64,000 nt of DNA from Eledone cirrhosa (GCA_964016885.1 OZ024742.1:366048001-366112000); one strand, 5' to 3'; numbered from the stretch's first letter, positions 36,330 through 53,228 are shown. A program made the numbers and translations. Notes: generated from the letters alone by a model not told the origin.

Positions 36330-39300
36330 TCACTCCCACCACCTACAGCACCACCACCAAAACCATGGCTGCAAATACCTTCATCATTACTACCACCACC
36401 ACCACCACCACCCTAACCATAGCTGTCAATACCATCATCATTACCACCACCACCACCACCACCACCACCACCACCCTAACCATAGCTGTCAATACCTTCA
36501 TCATTACTACCACCACCACCACCACCACCCTAACCATAGCTGTCAATACCATCATCATTACCACCACCACCACCACCACCCTAACCATAGCTGTCAATAC
36601 CATCATCATTACCACCACCACCACCACCACCCTAACCATAGCTGTCAATACCTTCATCATTACTACCACCACCACCACCACCACCCTAACCATAGCTGTC
36701 AATACCATCATCATTACTACCACCACCACCACCACCACCACCACCCTAACCATGGCTGTCAATACCTTCATCATTACTACCACCACCACCACCACCACCC
36801 TAACCATAGCTGTCAATACCATCATCATTACCACCACCACCACCACCACCCTAACCATAGCTGTCAATACCATCATCATTACCACCACCACCACCACCAC
36901 CCTAACCATAGCTGTCAATACCTTCATCATTACTACCACCACCACCACCACCACCCTAACCATAGCTGTCAATACCCTCATCATTACCACCACCACCACC
37001 ACCACCACCACCACCACCCTAACCATAGCTGTCAATACCATCATCATTACCACCACCACCACCACCACCACCACCACCACCACCACCACCACCCTAACCA
37101 TAGCTGTCAATACCATCATCATTACCACCACCACCACCCGAACCATAGCTGTCAATACCATCATCATTACTACCACCACCACCACCACCACCACCCTAAC
37201 CATGGCTATCAATACCATCATCATTACCACCACCACCACCACCACCACCCTAACCATAGCTGTCAATACCACCACCACCACCACCACCACCCTAACCATA
37301 GCTGTCAATACCATCATCATTACCACCACCACCACCACCCTAACCATGGCTGTCAATACCCTCATCATTACCACCACCACCACCACCCTAACCATAGCTG
37401 TCAATACCACCACCACCACCACCACCACCCTAACCATAGCTGTCAATACCCTCATCATTACCACCACCACCACCACCCTAACCATGGCTGTCAATACCCT
37501 CATCATTACCACCACCACCACCACCACCACCCTAACCATAGCTGTCAATACCACCACCACTACCACCACCACCCTAACCATAGCTGTCAATACCATCATC
37601 ATTACCACCACCACCACCACCACCACCCTAACCATGGCTGTCAATACCATCATCATTACCACCACCACCACCACCACCACCCTAACCATAGCTGTCAATA
37701 CCTTCATCATTACCACCACCACCACCACCACCACCACCACCACCCTAACCATAGCTGTCAATACCATCATCATTACCACCACCACCACCACCCTAACCAT
37801 AGCTGTCAATACCATCATTACTACCACCACCACCACCACCACCACCACCACCCTAACCATAGCTGTCAATACCATCATTACTACCACCACCACCACCACC
37901 ACCACCCTAACCATAGCTGTCAATACCATCATTACTACCACCACCACCACCCTAACCATGGCTGTCAATACCATCATCATTACTACCACCACCACCACCA
38001 CCACCACCCTAACCATAGCTGTCAATACCATCATTACCACCACCACCACCACCCTAACCATGGCTGTCAATACCATCATCATTACTACCACCACCACCAC
38101 CACCACCACCCTAACCATAGCTGTCAATACCATCATTACCACCACCACCACCACCCTAACCATGGCTGTCAATACCATCATCATTACCACCACCACCACC
38201 ACCACCACCCTAACCATAGCTGTCAATACCATCATCATTACTACCACCACCACCACCACCACCACCCTAACCATAGCTGTCAATACCATCATTACTACCA
38301 CCACCACCACCACCACCCTAACCTTAGCTGTCAATACCATCACCACCACCACCACCACCCTAACCATAGCTGTCAATACCATCATCATTACCACCACCAC
38401 CACCACCACCACCCTAACCATAGCTGTCAATACCATCATCATTACCACCACCACCACCACCACCACCACCACCACCACCCTAACCATAGCTGTCAATACC
38501 TTCATCATTACTACCACCACCACCACCACCACCACCCTAACCATAGCTGTCAATACCATCATTACTACCACCACCACCACCACCACCACCCTAACCATAG
38601 CTGTCAATACCATCATCATTACCACCACCACCACCACCACCACCCTACCATAGCTGTCAATACCATCATCATTACCACCACCACCACCACCACCACCCTA
38701 ACCATAGCTGTCAATACCTTCATCATTACTACCACCACCACCACCACCACCACCCTAACCATAGCTGTCAATACCATCATTACTACCACCACCACCACCA
38801 CCACCACCCTAACCATAGCTGTCAATACCATCATCATTACCACCACCACCACCACCACCACCCTACCATAGCTGTCAATACCATCATCATTACCACCACC
38901 ACCACCACCACCACCCTACCATAGCTGTCAATACCATCATCATTACCACCACCACCACCACCACCACCCTAACCATAGCTGTCAATACCATCATTACTAC
39001 CACCACCACCACCACCACCACCCTAACCTTAGCTGTCAATACCATCATCATTACCACCACCACCACCACCACCACCACCCTAACCATAGCTGTCAATACC
39101 ATCATCATTACTACCACCACCACCACCACCACCCTAACCATAGCTGTCAATACCATCATCATTACTACCACCACCACCACCACCACCACCCTAACCATAG
39201 CTGTCAATACCATCATTACTACCACCACCACCACCACCCTAACCATAGCTGTCAATACCATCATCATTACTACCACCACCACCACCACCCTAACCATAGC

Positions 39301-42300
39301 TGTCAATACCATCATTACTACCACCACCACCACCACCACCACCCTAACCATAGCTGTCAATACCATCATTACTACCACCACCACCACCACCCTAACCATA
39401 GCTGTCAATACCATCATCATTACTACCACCACCACCACCACCCGAACCATAGCTGTCAATACCATCATTACTACCACCACCACCACCACCACCACCACCC
39501 TAACCATAGCTGTCAATACCATCATCATTACCACCACCACCACCACCACCACCCTAACCATAGCTGTCAATACCATCATTACTACCACCACCACCACCAC
39601 CCTAACCATAGCTGTCAATACCATCATTACTACCACCACCACCACCACCACCACCACCACCCTAACCTTAGCTGTCAATACCATCATCATTACTACCACC
39701 ACCAGCACCACCACCCTAACCATAGCTGTCAATACCATCATTACCACCACCACCACCACCACCACCCTAACCATAGCTGTCAATACCATCATTACTACCA
39801 CCACCACCACCACCACCACCACCACCCTAACCTTAGCTGTCAATACCATCATCATTACTACCACCACCACCACCACCACCCTACCATAGCTGTCAATACC
39901 ATCATTACCACCACCACCACCACCACCACCCTAACCATAGCTGTCAATACCATCATTACTACCACCACCACCACCACCACCACCCTAACCTTAGCTGTCA
40001 ATACCATCATCATTACTACCACCACCACCACCACCACCACCACCCTAACCATAGCTGTCAATACCATCATTACTACCACCACCACCACCACCACCCTAAC
40101 CATAGCTGTCAATACCCTCATTACTACCACCACCACCACCACCACCACCCTAACCATAGCTGTCAATACCATCATCATTACTACCACCACCACCACCACC
40201 ACCACCCTAACCATAGCTGTCAATACCATCATTACTACCACCACCACCACCACCACCACCCTAACCATAGCTGTCAATACCATCATTACTACCACCACCA
40301 CCACCCTAACCATAGCTGTCAATACCATCATCATTACCACAACCACCACCACCACCACCCTAACCATAGCTGTCAATACCATCATTACTACCACCACCAC
40401 CCTAACCATAGCTGTCAATACCATCATCATTACCACAACCACCACCACCACCACCCTAACCATAGCTGTCAATACCATCATTACTACCACCACCACCCTA
40501 ACCATAGCTGTCAATACCATCATCATTACCACAACCACCACCACCACCACCCTAACCATAGCTGTCAATACCATCATTACTACCACCACCACCCTAACCA
40601 TAGCTGTCAATACCATCATCATTACCACCACCACCACCACCACCACCCTAACCATAGCTGTCAATACCATCATTACTACCACCACCACCCTAACCATAGC
40701 TGTCAATACCATCATCATTACCACAACCACCACCACCACCACCCTAACCATAGCTGTCAATACCATCATCATTACTACCACCACCACCACCACCACCCTA
40801 ACCTTAGCTGTCAATACCATCATCATTACTACCACCACCACCCTACCATAGCTGTCAATACCATCATCATTACCACCACCACCACCACCACCACCCTAAC
40901 CATAGCTGTCAATACCATCATTACTACCACCACCACCACCACCACCACCCTAACCATAGCTGTCAATACCATCATCATTACCACCACCACCACCACCACC
41001 ACCCTAACCATAGCTGTCAATACCATCATCATTACCACAACCACCACCACCACCACCCTAACCATAGCTGTCAATACCATCATCATTACCACCACCACCA
41101 CCACCACCACCCTAACCATAGCTGTCAATACCATCATTACTACCACCACCACCACCACCACCACCCTAACCATAGCTGTCAATACCATCATCATTACCAC
41201 CACCACCACCACCACCACCCTAACCATAGCTGTCAATACCATCATCATTACCACAACCACCACCACCACCACCCTAACCATAGCTGTCAATACCATCATC
41301 ATTACCACCACCACCACCACCACCACCACCCTAACCATAGCTGTCAATACCATCATCATTACTACCACCACCACCCTACCATAGCTGTCAATACCATCAT
41401 CATTACCACCACCACCACCACCACCACCCTAACCATGGCTGTCAATACCTTCATCATTACCACCACCACCACCACCACCCTAACCATAGCTGTCAATACC
41501 TTCATCATTACCACCACCACCACCACCACCACCCTAACCATGGCTGTCAATACCATCATCATTACTACCACCACCACCACCACCACCCTAACCATGGCTG
41601 TCAATACCTTCATCATTACCACCACCACCACCACCACCACCACCCTAACCATAGCTGTCAATACCTTCATCATTACCACCACCACCACCACCACCACCCT
41701 AACCATAGCTGTCAATACCTTCATCATTACCACCACCACCACCACCACCACCCTAACCATAGCTGTCAATACCTTCATCATTACCACCACCACCACCACC
41801 ACCACCACCCTAACCATAGCTGTCAATACCTTCATCATTACCACCACCACCACCACCACCCTAACCATAGCTGTCAATACCTTCATCATTACCACCACCA
41901 CCACCACCACCACCACCCTAACCATGGCTGTCAATACCTTCATCATTACCACCACCACCACCACCACCCTAACCATAGCTGTCAATACCTTCATCATTAC
42001 CACCACCACCACCACCACCACCCTAACCATAGCTGTCAATACCTTCATCATTACTACCACCACCACCACCACCACCACCACCCTAACCATGGCTGTCAAT
42101 ACCTTCATCATTACCACCACCACCACCACCACCCTAACCATAGCTGTCAATACCTTCATCATTACCACCACCACCACCACCACCCTAACCATAGCTGTCA
42201 ATACCTTCATCATTACCACCACCACCACCACCACCACCACCCTAATCATAGCTGTCAATACCTTCATCATTACCACCACCACCACCACCACCACCACCCT

Positions 42301-45300
42301 AACCATAGCTGTCAATACCTTCATCATTACCACCACCACCACCACCACCACCCTAACCATAGCTGTCAATACCTTCATCATTACTACCACCACCACCACC
42401 ACCACCCTAATCATAGCTGTCAATACCTTCATCATTACTACCACCACCACCACCACCACCCTAACCATAGCTGTCAATACCATCATCATTACCACCACCA
42501 CCACCACCACCACCCTAACCATAGCTGTCAATACCATCATCATTACCACCACCACCACCACCACCCTAACCATAGCTGTCAATACCATCATTACTACCAC
42601 CACCACCACCACCCTAACCATAGCTGTCAATACCATCATCATTACTACCACCACCACCACCACCCTAACCATAGCTGTCAATACCATCATTACTACCACC
42701 ACCACCACCACCACCACCCTAACCATAGCTGTCAATACCATCATTACTACCACCACCACCACCACCCTAACCATAGCTGTCAATACCATCATCATTACTA
42801 CCACCACCACCACCACCCGAACCATAGCTGTCAATACCATCATTACTACCACCACCACCACCACCACCACCACCCTAACCATAGCTGTCAATACCATCAT
42901 CATTACCACCACCACCACCACCACCACCCTAACCATAGCTGTCAATACCATCATTACTACCACCACCACCACCACCCTAACCATAGCTGTCAATACCATC
43001 ATTACTACCACCACCACCACCACCACCACCACCACCCTAACCTTAGCTGTCAATACCATCATCATTACTACCACCACCAGCACCACCACCCTAACCATAG
43101 CTGTCAATACCATCATTACCACCACCACCACCACCACCACCCTAACCATAGCTGTCAATACCATCATTACTACCACCACCACCACCACCACCACCACCAC
43201 CCTAACCTTAGCTGTCAATACCATCATCATTACTACCACCACCACCACCACCACCCTAACCATAGCTGTCAATACCATCATTACCACCACCACCACCACC
43301 ACCACCCTAACCATAGCTGTCAATACCATCATTACTACCACCACCACCACCACCACCACCCTAACCTTAGCTGTCAATACCATCATCATTACTACCACCA
43401 CCACCACCACCACCACCACCCTAACCATAGCTGTCAATACCATCATTACTACCACCACCACCACCACCACCCTAACCATAGCTGTCAATACCCTCATTAC
43501 TACCACCACCACCACCACCACCACCCTAACCATAGCTGTCAATACCATCATCATTACTACCACCACCACCACCACCACCACCCTAACCATAGCTGTCAAT
43601 ACCATCATTACTACCACCACCACCACCACCACCACCCTAACCATAGCTGTCAATACCATCATTACTACCACCACCACCCCCTAACCATAGCTGTCAATAC
43701 CATCATCATTACCACAACCACCACCACCACCACCCTAACCATAGCTGTCAATACCATCATTACTACCACCACCACCCTAACCATAGCTGTCAATACCATC
43801 ATCATTACCACAACCACCACCACCACCACCCTAACCATAGCTGTCAATACCATCATTACTACCACCACCACCCTAACCATAGCTGTCAATACCATCATCA
43901 TTACCACAACCACCACCACCACCACCCTAACCATAGCTGTCAATACCATCATTACTACCACCACCACCCTAACCATAGCTGTCAATACCATCATCATTAC
44001 CACAACCACCACCACCACCACCCTAACCATAGCTGTCAATACCATCATTACTACCACCACCACCCTAACCATAGCTGTCAATACCATCATCATTACCACC
44101 ACCACCACCACCACCACCCTAACCATAGCTGTCAATACCATCATTACTACCACCACCACCCTAACCATAGCTGTCAATACCATCATCATTACCACAACCA
44201 CCACCACCACCACCCTAACCATAGCTGTCAATACCATCATCATTACTACCACCACCACCACCACCACCCTAACCTTAGCTGTCAATACCATCATCATTAC
44301 TACCACCACCACCCTACCATAGCTGTCAATACCATCATCATTACCACCACCACCACCACCACCACCCTAACCATAGCTGTCAATACCATCATTACTACCA
44401 CCACCACCACCACCACCACCCTAACCATAGCTGTCAATACCATCATCATTACCACCACCACCACCACCACCACCCTAACCATAGCTGTCAATACCATCAT
44501 CATTACCACAACCACCACCACCACCACCCTAACCATAGCTGTCAATACCATCATCATTACCACCACCACCACCACCACCACCCTAACCATAGCTGTCAAT
44601 ACCATCATTACTACCACCACCACCACCACCACCACCCTAACCATAGCTGTCAATACCATCATCATTACCACCACCACCACCACCACCACCCTAACCATAG
44701 CTGTCAATACCATCATCATTACCACAACCACCACCACCACCACCCTAACCATAGCTGTCAATACCATCATCATTACCACCACCACCACCACCACCACCAC
44801 CCTAACCATAGCTGTCAATACCATCATCATTACTACCACCACCACCCTACCATAGCTGTCAATACCATCATCATTACCACCACCACCACCACCACCACCC
44901 TAACCATGGCTGTCAATACCTTCATCATTACCACCACCACCACCACCACCCTAACCATAGCTGTCAATACCTTCATCATTACCACCACCACCACCACCAC
45001 CACCCTAACCATGGCTGTCAATACCATCATCATTACTACCACCACCACCACCACCACCCTAACCATGGCTGTCAATACCTTCATCATTACCACCACCACC
45101 ACCACCACCACCACCCTAACCATAGCTGTCAATACCTTCATCATTACCACCACCACCACCACCACCACCCTAACCATAGCTGTCAATACCTTCATCATTA
45201 CCACCACCACCACCACCACCACCCTAACCATAGCTGTCAATACCTTCATCATTACCACCACCACCACCACCACCACCACCCTAACCATAGCTGTCAATAC

Positions 45301-47860
45301 CTTCATCATTACCACCACCACCACCACCACCCTAACCATAGCTGTCAATACCTTCATCATTACCACCACCACCACCACCACCACCACCCTAACCATGGCT
45401 GTCAATACCTTCATCATTACCACCACCACCACCACCACCCTAACCATAGCTGTCAATACCTTCATCATTACCACCACCACCACCACCACCACCCTAACCA
45501 TAGCTGTCAATACCTTCATCATTACTACCACCACCACCACCACCACCACCACCCTAACCATGGCTGTCAATACCTTCATCATTACCACCACCACCACCAC
45601 CACCCTAACCATAGCTGTCAATACCTTCATCATTACCACCACCACCACCACCACCCTAACCATAGCTGTCAATACCTTCATCATTACCACCACCACCACC
45701 ACCACCACCACCCTAATCATAGCTGTCAATACCTTCATCATTACCACCACCACCACCACCACCACCACCCTAACCATAGCTGTCAATACCTTCATCATTA
45801 CCACCACCACCACCACCACCACCCTAACCATAGCTGTCAATACCTTCATCATTACTACCACCACCACCACCACCACCCTAATCATAGCTGTCAATACCTT
45901 CATCATTACTACCACCACCACCACCACCACCCTAACCATAGCTGTCAATACCATCATCATTACCACCACCACCACCACCACCACCCTAACCATAGCTGTC
46001 AATACCATCATCATTACCACCACCACCACCACCACCACCCTAACCATGGCTGTCAATACCTTCATCATTACCACCACCACCACCACCACCACCACCCTAA
46101 CCATAGCTGTCAATACCATCATTACTACCACCACCACCACCACCACCACCACCCTAACCATAGCTGTCAATACCATCATCATTACCACCACCACCACCAC
46201 CACCCTAACCATAGCTGTCAATACCATCATCATTACTACCACCACCACCACCACCACCACCCTAACCATAGCTGTCAATACCATCATCATTACTACCACC
46301 ACCACCACCACCACCCTAACCATGGCTGTCAATACCTTCATCATTACCACCACCACCACCACCACCACCACCACCCTAATCATAGCTGTCAATACCATCA
46401 TCATTACCACCACCACCACCACCACCCTAACCATGGCTGTCAATACCTTCATCATTACCACCACCACCACCACCACCACCACCCTAATCATAGCTGTCAA
46501 TACCATCATCATTACCACCACCACCACCACCACCCTAACCATAGCTGTCAATACCATCATCATTACCACCACCACCACCACCACCACCACCACCCTAACC
46601 ATAGCTGTCAATACCATCATCATTACCACCACCACCACCACCACCACCCTAACCATAGCTGTCAATACCTTCATCATTACCACCACCACCACCACCACCA
46701 CCCTAACCATAGCTGTCAATACCATCATCATTACTACCACCACCACCACCACCCTAACCATAGCTGTCAATACCATCATCATTACCACCACCACCACCAC
46801 CACCACCACCCTAACCATAGCTGTCAATACCATCATCATTACCACCACCACCACCACCACCCTAACCATAGCTGTCAATACCATCATCACCACCACCACC
46901 ACCACCCTAACCATAGCTGTCAATACCATCATCATTACTACCACCACCACCACCACCACCCTAACCATAGCTGTCAATACCACCACCACCACCACCACCC
47001 TAACCATAGCTGTCAATACCATCATCATTACCACCACCACCACCACCACCACCCTAACCATAGCTGTCAATACCCTCATCATTACCACCACCACCACCAC
47101 CACCACCACCACCACCCTAACCATAGCTGTCAATACCACCACCACCACCACCACCCTAACCATAGCTGTCAATACCACCACCACCACCACCACCCTAACC
47201 ATAGCTGTCAATACCATCATCATTACCACCACCACCACCACCACCCTAACCATAGCTGTCAATACCTTCATCATTACCACCACCACCACCACCACCCTAA
47301 CCATAGCTGTCAATACCTTCATCATTACCACCACCACCACCACCACCCTAACCATAGCTGTCAATACCACCACCACCACCACCACCACCCTAACCATAGC
47401 TGTCAATACCTTCATCATTACCACCACCACCACCACCACCACCACCCTAACCATAGCTGTCAATACCTTCATCATTACCACCACCACCACCACCACCCTA
47501 ACCATAGCTGTCAATACCATCATCATTACCACCACCACCACCACCACCACCCTAACCATGGCTGTCAATACCATCATCATTACCACCAGCACCACCACCA
47601 ACACCCTAACCATAGCTGTCAATACCATCATCATTACTACCACCACCACCACCACCACCCTAACCATAGCTGTCAATACCATCATCATTACCACCACCAC
47701 CACCACCCTAACCATGGCTGTCAATACCATCATCATTACTACCACCACCACCACCACCACCCTAACCATAGCTGTCAATACCATCATCATTACCACCACC
47801 ACCACCACCACCACCACCACCACCCTAACCATAGCTGTCAATACCTTCATCATCATCATC
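36330..47860. repeat. ~11.5-kb intronic minisatellite (ACC)n-CTAACCATAGCTGTCAATACC(ATC)nATT with a higher-order duplication
   Basis: Tandem units throughout. Variant units recur at offsets of ~3.38-3.47 kb. Confidence 0.98.
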
Positions 47861-47939
47861 AGTAACATTCCTGAGTCATTGACACTAATTACCTTTGAAT
47901 ACCTCAAACTATAACCATACACACCCACTTACACTCCCA

Positions 47940-48882
47940 GACACACTCACAGACACAGTTACACTCACATCCACACTCATGTAGACACAGTTACACTCAC
48001 ATCCACACAGACACAGTTACACTCACACAGACACAGTTACACTCACATCCACACAGACACAGTTACACTCACATCCACACTCATGCAGACACAGTTACAC
48101 TCACATCCACACAGACACAGTTACACTCACACAGACACAGTTACACTCACATCCACACAGACACAGTTACACTCACACAGACACAGTTACACTCACACAG
48201 ACACAGTTACACTCACATCCACACAGACACAGTTACACTCACATCCACACTCATGCAGACACAGTTACACTCACATCCACACAGACACAGTTACACTCAC
48301 ACAGATACAGTTACACTCACATCCACACAGACACAGTTACACTCACATTCACACAGACACAGTTACACTCACATCCACACTCATGCAGACACAGTTACAC
48401 TCACATCCACACAGACACAGTTACACTCACACAGACACAGTTACACTCACATCCACACAGACACAGTTACACTCACGCAGACACAGTTACACTCACATTC
48501 ACAGTTACACTCACATCCACACAGACACAGTTACACTCACATCCACACAGACACAGTTACACTCACATCCACACAGACACAGTTACACTCACATCCACAC
48601 AGACACAGTTACACTCACATCCACTCACGCAGACACAGTTACACTCACATTCACACAGACACAGTTACACTCACATCCACACAGACACAGTTACACTCAC
48701 ATCCAGTTACTCTCACATCCACACTCACACAGACACAGTTACACTCACATCCACACAGATACAGTTACACTCACACTCACAAACACAGTTACTCTCACAT
48801 CCACACTCACACAGACACCGTTACACTCACATCCACACTCACACAGACACAGTTACTCTCACATACACAGTTACTCTCACAC
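47940..48882. repeat. Minisatellite ACAGACACAGTTACACTCAC(ATCCAC)
   Basis: Direct reading; units of 20-32 bp. Confidence 0.95.
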
Positions 48883-50218
48883 AATGACAATTACTCTCAT
48901 TTAGTAGAGTGTTTCCACGGTAATGAGGCCCTTTATTAGGAAATAATTACTAAGGGATTAACAATTAACAATGGCAGTGAAATGGCAGAGTCGCTAGAAC
49001 AGATAGCTTTGTGCTATTTGTTTCAGCTGTCTGCTCTCTCAAATCTCACCAAGGTCAACTTTGCTTTTCATCCTTTTGAGGTAGAAAAAAAGTACCCGAC
49101 AAGAACTGGGGTCGATTTTTACTCTATATCTCTTTCTCTCACTCTCTATCCTTCTCTGGAATAAATCTGCTGTATTCAGACCAGGAGAAGAGATGGACTC
49201 CGCCAGGTTTCAAGATGGCCAAGAAATGTTATATGCCACTAGAGCGGCCATACAACTCCATCTGGAGTTATGGGAGTAAAGAAATACGAACCCAAGGCAG
49301 TGAATTGGTATTAGAATGTCAGATAGAGTGTTTCGTGGTATTTGTTCCAGTTCCATATAATCAGAGTTCAAATCCCACTGAGATCATTTTTGCTTTTCAT
49401 CATTTGAAGGTCAATAAAAAGAAGTATCAGTCCAGTACTCGGGTCAATTCTTCCTCTATATCTCTGGAAGAAGTTGGCAGTGTTCAGACCTGGGAGAGAG
49501 GATGACTGTCTGACTGTTTAACAAGCCTGTCAATCGACTGACCTTGGGCTGGTACCTTATTTATTGACACCTGAAAGGCAAAGATGACCTCAATGGGGCT
49601 TCAACTCAGTGTGCTGAGATCTGGATCAAATAATGAGGCATTTAATCCGCCGCTCAAACTCTGCCAATCCACCAGATAACAATGAACCAAAGATAAAAAG
49701 TTAGACTTATTGCTTTATGTTCATTTCTCCATGATTGCATGGGTTGGTTGGACAAAGTCTGGGGCCTACCCTGGTTTAATGACCATAAAACAACTGAGAA
49801 TACATGATGCCAATGTACCACAGGGGTAACTTCTAGCTGCTGCTGCTGGTACTCAGTTTTGTTGAACTGGTGGAACATGAAATGAAGTGTTTTACTCAAA
49901 GGACATGTGAGAGCTGGTCTGGGTATCAAACCCAAAACCCTAATTCCAAGGCCAAATATCTACACACTCATGAATTCCTCCTCCTTACTAAAAAACACGG
50001 TGATACCAAATAAAAGATGTTTGGAGTCCAACATGTCACATTTAGCACAACCGACAATCACATGAAATCAAGAGCTTTGCTGAGGGGTCACAACACAACG
50101 GCTGGTCGGGGATTGAACCCACAACCTTATGGTCTTGAACCTAACACACTAACCATTAGGGCATGTGCCATCACTGCTATGTATTTCCCCTTCCTTCAAA
50201 CTAAAGAATGATACTTAC

Positions 50219-50306
50219 CAAATACAACATGCTTGGAGTCTAAGAAGTCACATTTGGCACAAGTAATGAAAAACTGGCAGCCATTGGTGTCTTTTCCACT
50301 GTTTGC
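50219..50306 (-). CDS. PPIH: Cyclophilin H coding exon
   Basis: [29 protein letters not shown](G); TTCAG acceptor, GTAAGT donor; 88 nt. Confidence 0.96.
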
Positions 50307-50661
50307 CTGAAACACAGAATAGAGAAGGTTTATAGAACGGGGCTGTTAACTAGAGGTCAGTCAGTACGGAGATAGCAGGAAAATTCATAGGATCACTATA
50401 AAGTAGTGATGCTAGAGTTGTGAAATCTTGCATGCATTAATTTCAACTCTTCTATATATATATAAATATATGTAGATAAATCTACCAAAAGTTTACGGTA
50501 GTGTCCAATCCGTATGAAGAACTCAATGTAATCCGGATATCATGAAAAGAGAAGATGCATTCAAAAACTACTTTCGGTGAAAAATAAACGGAAAACAGAG
50601 TCAAGATAAATTAATAAAATAATGAATAAACAAAGAAACAGTTCCTTATATTGAAAAAAAT

Positions 50662-50803
50662 TCATCATTTTACGATCGTTTCTAGGATATATATGTGTTA
50701 GAGTTGGTATGCATATTCTATAGATCTATGTACAATATTTATACAAACTATCAGAGGGAATATACATACCTACACATATATATGCTGTCTTCAGAAATAA
50801 TGA
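50662..50803 (-). ncRNA. Type I hammerhead ribozyme motif with ~105-nt stem II (PLE-associated type)
   Basis: Stem I TCATTATTT/AAATGATGA (9 bp, one G-U), core CTGAAGA and GAAAC, palindromic stem III ACGATCGT, cleavage triplet GTA. Stem II base ATATATATGTGT/ACACATATATAT. Confidence 0.7.
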
Positions 50804-51264
50804 TATATTGAAAAAAACAAAGATTCAATACAATAGGTCTGTTTGGGAACAGGTTTTGAATTGACCAATAGAGAGATAGTGAGGGTCAGGATAGTAATAT
50901 AGTAGTAGAAGAACCTTAAATTATGGGTAGAGGAAGGTAGATTTCAGTTTTGGATGGAAAAGAATATTATGAATGAAGGATTATTTTAGGGAAGAAATAG
51001 GTCTTGAGCTGACCTCAGAAATAATTTTATTTGTTCATTGAATAAAACCAACAAAGATCTAGTATATTCTGTCTGTTTGGTAAGAGGTTTAGAATTAACC
51101 AATAGAAAGTTAATAATTGGCCAAATGGTAAAATAGTAGTAATTGAAGCTTATTTTAGGGGTGAAAATAGGTCAGGTGGTCAATAAAAGGTATACAAGCA
51201 GTTGCTGTTATAAAATAGTAATGCCAGTACAAATATCTAAGGTGACTAAAGTTTTACGATAAGA

Positions 51265-52515
51265 ATGTGCCCACAAAATACTAGCTCCTTCAACTGCGCA
51301 GAGGGTTCTATAGAAATAGTGGACAGCTTCCGTTATCTGGGTGACAAAATCAGCAGTGGGGGAGGGTGCTCTGAAAGTACAGTAGCTAGAGTCAGAACTG
51401 GATGGAAAAAGTTCAGAGAGCTTATACCACTATTAGCCGCTAGAGGGTTCTCCCTAAAAATGAAAGGCAGGTTATACGATGCCTGCATACGAACAGCAAT
51501 GCTGCATGGCAGTGAGACCTGGGCATTGTGTGCAGAGGATATATGCAGACTAGAGAGGAACGAAGCTTGCATGCTCCGCTGGATGTGCAATAGTAATATA
51601 CGTGAACGGCAAAGCATAAACGAACTAAGGAAAAAATTAGAAATAAGAGGGATCAGATGTTGTTTACTCGAGAGAAGGCTACGTTGGTACGGTCACGTGA
51701 TGCGCATGAAAGACGACAGCTGTATAACAAAGTGCAGGGCAATAAAGATAGACGGTAGCCACGGAGTAGGCAGACCCAGAAAAACATGGGACGAGCTGAT
51801 AAATTCCGACCTCACACGCTTACACCTCTCCAAGACAATGTCACTGGACCGAGACCTTTGGCGGTACTCAGTAATAGAGAAGACCCGCCTTACCTAAATA
51901 CAAAGTAAAAACCTACTACAGTCAGTAGGCATCTCTATCAAAACACACCCCCGTCCCACCACCTCCACCCCACCCACACCGCCCCTTTCAATGTAAAGTT
52001 ATGTTGGTCCCACAACATCCAGGCCGAAACAAATGAGATCGTGTAGGTGTCACGACAAAAAACACACAGTCCACGCTGTAAATGTGGCCGTGTAGGCAAC
52101 ACGGTAAAAACCTCCCAGCCCCACACTGTAAATGTGGTTGGTGTTAGGAAGGGCATCCAGCTGTAGAAAACCCGCCAGACAGTCCACGCTGTAATGTGGC
52201 CGTGTAGGCAACACGGTAAAAACCTCCCAGCCCCACACTGTAAATGTGGTTGGTGTTAGGAAGGGCATCCAGCTGTAGAAAACCCGCCAGACAGTCCACG
52301 CTGTAATGTGGCCGTGTAGGCAACACGGTAAAAACCTCCCAGCCCCACACTGTAAATGTGGTTGGTGTTAGGAAGGGCATCCAACTGTAGAAAACCCGCC
52401 AGACAGTCCTATGCGAGCAAGACAACCACTCTTGCCTCAAGTGGGAAAACCCCCGTCCAAACCCATGCAAGCGTGGAACACGGACGCTAAACCTGATGAT
52501 GATGATGATGATGAT
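51265..52515 (+). mobile_element. RTE-clade LINE, 5'-truncated (ORF C-terminus 51265-51897, 3' UTR with three 112-bp tandem units, (GAT)n tail)
   Basis: VDSFRYLG, MLHGSETW, RRLRWYGHVMR, GRPRKTW. Tail AACCCATGCAAGCGTGGAA..GGACGCTAAAC..(GAT)n. Confidence 0.92.
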
Positions 52516-52838
52516 TGTTAGTGAAAAAAATACATCTATGAAAAGAATATAAATTAATTTAATTGATGGGTATATTTATATTGATAAAATTATACTAATA
52601 CATATAGATATGATAAATAAGAGTTAGATGCAGTTGAAAAGTGCTGTTAAAGATGAGGGGAAATTAAAAGAATATAAAAATAATATATATATATATATAT
52701 ATACTTATACATATATATATATACATATATATACACATACACACATATATATATATATACACTTATATATATACATATATATATATATATACATATATAT
52801 ACACATACACACACACACACATATATATATATATACAT

Positions 52839-52870
<32 letters not shown>

Positions 52871-53037
52871 ATAGATATATACATGCATACATACACTTAT
52901 ATATAGACACACGTATACACTTATATATACATATAATTATTGGGGGGGGGGGATTAAATTTATTAGTGAGAAATAGTAAATATATATAGTTTTCAAGGAA
53001 CATAGAGTCATAACCTGAAGTTAAAGCATTATATATA

Positions 53038-53228
53038 GGGCAGTGGATTGGCAGTATCGGTAGAGGGTCGGACGCCATGCTTTCCAGCATAGTTACGTCC
53101 CTTTACGATCTGAGTTCAAATCCCGCCGAGGTTGACTTTGCCTTTCATCCTTACGGGGTTGATAAAATAAAGTACCAGTAATGCACTGGGTAATTGCTGG
53201 CCTTGTGCCTAAAGTAGAAACAATTATA
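53038..53228 (+). mobile_element. tRNA-derived SINE, family A (Nin/Deu-domain-like core)
   Basis: A box TGGCAGTATCGG, B box GAGTTCAAATCCC, core GACTTTGCCTTTCATCCTTACGGGGTTGATAAAA, tail GCTGGCCTTGTGCCTAAAGTAGAAACAATTA. More diverged copies near 48975, 49295 and 60660-60860. Confidence 0.85.

Noticed and set aside
36212-47928. Mucin- or antifreeze-like Thr-rich ORFs and poly-Val ORFs
   Set aside because: Triplet satellite inside a PPIH intron, open on both strands, almost no synonymous variation, and broken by frameshift units.
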